Source: Candidatus Pacearchaeota archaeon
GTDB taxonomy: Archaea; Nanobdellota; Nanobdellia; Pacearchaeales; GW2011-AR1
Direction of reading: 5' to 3'
Length of the DNA: 64,000 bases
Assembly: GCA_009694725.1 (NCBI GenBank)
Contig: SICV01000002.1
Location: 26,966 to 90,965 of the forward strand
The first letter of the stretch is position 1. Each line of letters starts with the position of its first letter. The notes under the pieces were generated by a model. It was given only the letters and a program-made list of their open reading frames with translations. It searched no databases and was not told where the DNA came from. Shown here one piece after another: positions 61,689 to 64,000 of this stretch. Position numbers and translations under genes: made by a program.

Positions 61689-62327
61689 ATGATCAAGATT
61701 TTTATCGCCCTCGTTATACTTATTGGACTCTGGTCTATCTTGGGATTTTTCAGCTCTCGTGTGGAGCAGGCAGACTATACTGTGATAAAGAAAATGAAGG
61801 GATATGAAATACGAGAATATCCGGCGCATATCATCGCACAGACTACGGTAAAGGGTTCTTATGGAGAATCTATGAATAATGGTTTTAGAATTGTGGCTGG
61901 GTATATCTTTGGCGGGAATACAAAAAAAGAAAGTATAGCCATGACCGCTCCAGTCGTCTCGCAAAGTGGCAAAGGTGAAAAAATATCAGAAAGCATAGCC
62001 ATGACTGCGCCGGTAGTGGTGACTGCTGAGGGCGAATCGCAAATAATATCTTTTGGTATGCCTCGATCTTATACGCTTGAGACGCTGCCTACACCAAATG
62101 ATCCTCGAGTAAAAATTGTGATGATTCCCACCAAGAAATATGCAGTACTGCAGTTCTCAGGGTATCGCTCGGATGCTCGGGTAAAAAAAATGCAAGAAAA
62201 ATTAGCTTCATCACTTGTTCGTGATGGAGTGTCGACAGAGGGAAGCACTGCATACGCTGGATACAATGCACCGTGGACTCCACCGTGGATGAATCGTAAT
62301 GAAGTATTGGTGGAGGTTATTAATTAA
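61689..62327 (+). CDS. SOUL heme-binding family protein
   Basis: YEIREYPAHIIAQT, IAMTAPV (twice), GYNAPWTPPWMNRNEV. Start trimmed to the ATG at 61689. Confidence 0.85.
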   Translation: MIKIFIALVILIGLWSILGFFSSRVEQADYTVIKKMKGYEIREYPAHIIAQTTVKGSYGESMNNGFRIVAGYIFGGNTKKESIAMTAPVVSQSGKGEKISESIAMTAPVVVTAEGESQIISFGMPRSYTLETLPTPNDPRVKIVMIPTKKYAVLQFSGYRSDARVKKMQEKLASSLVRDGVSTEGSTAYAGYNAPWTPPWMNRNEVLVEVIN

Positions 62328-62338
62328 TCTTATTTTTT

Positions 62339-62734
62339 ATGTTCATAAAACTTTATGCAATCGCATTATCTGTTTTCTTTGCCATCGATATGATCTGGCT
62401 TGGGCTAGTGGCTAAGGATTTTTATCGCGCACAAATTGGCATGCTCTTGAAGCCGGATGTAAATTGGACGGCAGCCATACTCTTCTATCTTTTATTTATT
62501 ATTGGTCTTGTGGTATTTGTCATCACTCCGGCCATGGAAAAAGGCTCATGGGTGCACGCGCTTATTTTTGGCGCGCTATTTGGCCTCGTTTGTTATGCCA
62601 CTTATGATCTGACCAATTTGGCGGTTGCCAAGCACTGGACACTTTTGGTAACAGTTGTTGATTTAGCTTGGGGCGCAGTCTTGTCGGCTTCTGTATCTAC
62701 TATTACTTACTTTATTGCAAGTAAATTCAGCTAA
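62339..62734 (+). CDS. DUF2177-family membrane protein
   Basis: 131 aa, 4 TM. DMIWLGLVAKDFYRAQIG and ATYDLTN. Confidence 0.65.
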   Translation: MFIKLYAIALSVFFAIDMIWLGLVAKDFYRAQIGMLLKPDVNWTAAILFYLLFIIGLVVFVITPAMEKGSWVHALIFGALFGLVCYATYDLTNLAVAKHWTLLVTVVDLAWGAVLSASVSTITYFIASKFS

Positions 62735-63501
62735 TGAATTATTTTCTAACTCTCATTTTAATATTGTTCGCATACATGAGCATGTGGTTCATTGCCTCTT
62801 TGATCAAAAAGAGGAATGATGTGGCCGATGTGGCGTGGGGGCTTGGTTTTGTGCTCATGACCTGGGCGTCTTATGTTCTTTCAGATGATTCTGGTGTGCG
62901 AGGAATACTGGTAGGTATTTTAGTAAGTGTTTGGGGCTTGCGTCTGTCGTGGCATATACACACACGCAACAAGGGGAAGGCAGAGGACTATCGCTATCTC
63001 GCATGGCGCAAAGAATGGGGCCAGTGGTTTTATATCCGTACTTATTTTCAGGTGTATCTTTTGCAAGGTCTGTTTTTGTTTCTCATAGTCTTGCCCGTGT
63101 TGCTTATTAATAAAAGCGCGGGAGTCCAGCTTGGCATTCTTGATTTTGTCGGTATCGTAGTTTGGCTTGTTGGTTTTTATTTTGAAGCTGTTGGGGATGC
63201 GCAACTTGCACGGTTTATTAAAAATCCAGAGAACAAAGGCAAACTTATGCAAAGTGGTCTCTGGGCATATACTCGCCACCCGAATTATTTTGGAGAAGTT
63301 ACACAGTGGTTGGGCATTTGGCTTGTCGCGCTTTCCGTGCCGAGCGGAGTACTTGCAATAATTAGTCCGATTACAATTACCTTTTTAATATTGAAAGTTT
63401 CAGGCATTCCGATGTTGGAAAAGAAAATGGCAGAGCACTCAGATTTTGCGGATTATAAAAGACGGGTTAGTGTTCTTATACCCTTGTTATCTAAAAAGTA
63501 G
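62734..63501 (+). CDS. DUF1295 / steroid 5-alpha-reductase-like membrane protein
   Basis: DVAWGLGFV, EDYRY, GLWAYTRHPNYFGEVTQWLGIW. TAATG overlap with the upstream gene. Confidence 0.8.
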   Translation: MNYFLTLILILFAYMSMWFIASLIKKRNDVADVAWGLGFVLMTWASYVLSDDSGVRGILVGILVSVWGLRLSWHIHTRNKGKAEDYRYLAWRKEWGQWFYIRTYFQVYLLQGLFLFLIVLPVLLINKSAGVQLGILDFVGIVVWLVGFYFEAVGDAQLARFIKNPENKGKLMQSGLWAYTRHPNYFGEVTQWLGIWLVALSVPSGVLAIISPITITFLILKVSGIPMLEKKMAEHSDFADYKRRVSVLIPLLSKK

Positions 63502-63547
63502 TATAATAAAAATGTCGATAAATTATATTAATTAATTAAAAAAATAT

Positions 63548-63691
63548 ATGAAAAATTATTTTATTATAAGTGCTGGTCTTTCCCTTTTATTTGCTGCATA
63601 TTTGTGGTTTAATGGCCAAACCGATCAAGGTTTGTTTGTCGGTCTTTGGGTTCCTTCCATCCTTTCGCTTGGTGTTCTTTTAATAAAATAG
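63548..63691 (+). CDS. possible 47-aa two-TM peptide
   Basis: MKNYFIISAGLSLLFAAYLWFNGQTDQGLFVGLWVPSILSLGVLLIK. Found by eye. Confidence 0.35.
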   Translation: MKNYFIISAGLSLLFAAYLWFNGQTDQGLFVGLWVPSILSLGVLLIK

Positions 63692-64000
63692 AAATTATGC
63701 CAAGACGTATATTTTTATTGTTGGAATAATAATCACAGCAATAGTCCTTTTTGGTATCTAAAAGAACAGATAATCTATTATTTTAGATTTTGTTGGATTT
63801 TTCTGAGGCTCGCAAAGTGGTGCATCATTTTCAATTGGAACGCCGTCAGGCCGTGTTGAATCCAGGTTTACGTATTGTTGGTTGGCCGCGTTTGTATGAT
63901 TGGATTTAAAATAGTTTTATAAAATTTTTATTATTAGCATAGGTATGATGGATAGTTTATTCTGGTTTCCCTTTATGGCCGTAGGCTTTGGAGCAATGAT

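Overview
The window reads as a small-genome archaeon, probably DPANN-like, which is an inference. Most genes have a TATA box (TTTAAA/TTTATA) 22-30 nt upstream of the ATG, so transcripts are mostly leaderless. Two tRNAs carry introns. Archaeal information-processing genes are present: radA, tfb, srp54, ftsY, aIF2-alpha, nop10, aEF-1beta, GlyRS, RNase Z, SmAP, RPA, RecJ/GAN, GINS, and ribosomal proteins S27e, S15, L44e, S3Ae and S8e.

The main accessory content is:
1. A type IV pilus-like locus at about 6.1-16.9 kb. It has an ATPase, a membrane platform protein, at least 9 class-III-signal pilin-like genes and an A24 prepilin peptidase.
2. An operon at 37.6-46.2 kb. It encodes a 607-aa protein with a pilin-type signal, translationally coupled to a 2196-aa secreted giant protein.
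3. Three tRNA genes, each followed 51-115 nt downstream by a perfect duplicate of its own 3' end.
4. Two paralogous structured intergenic elements of about 200 nt with compensatory stem changes. They share modules with the spacers next to those tRNAs.
5. A 35-40 nt intergenic motif present about 10 times, always in the same orientation.
6. Three toxin-antitoxin pairs.
7. A terminal block at 56.7-63.7 kb of gene families otherwise typical of bacteria (photolyase-related, TspO, SOUL, fasciclin, FMN reductase, DUF1295, DUF2177). This suggests horizontal transfer or a chimeric contig.

I saw no rRNA, CRISPR array or transposase. All product calls come from motifs recognised by eye, and none has been checked against a database.
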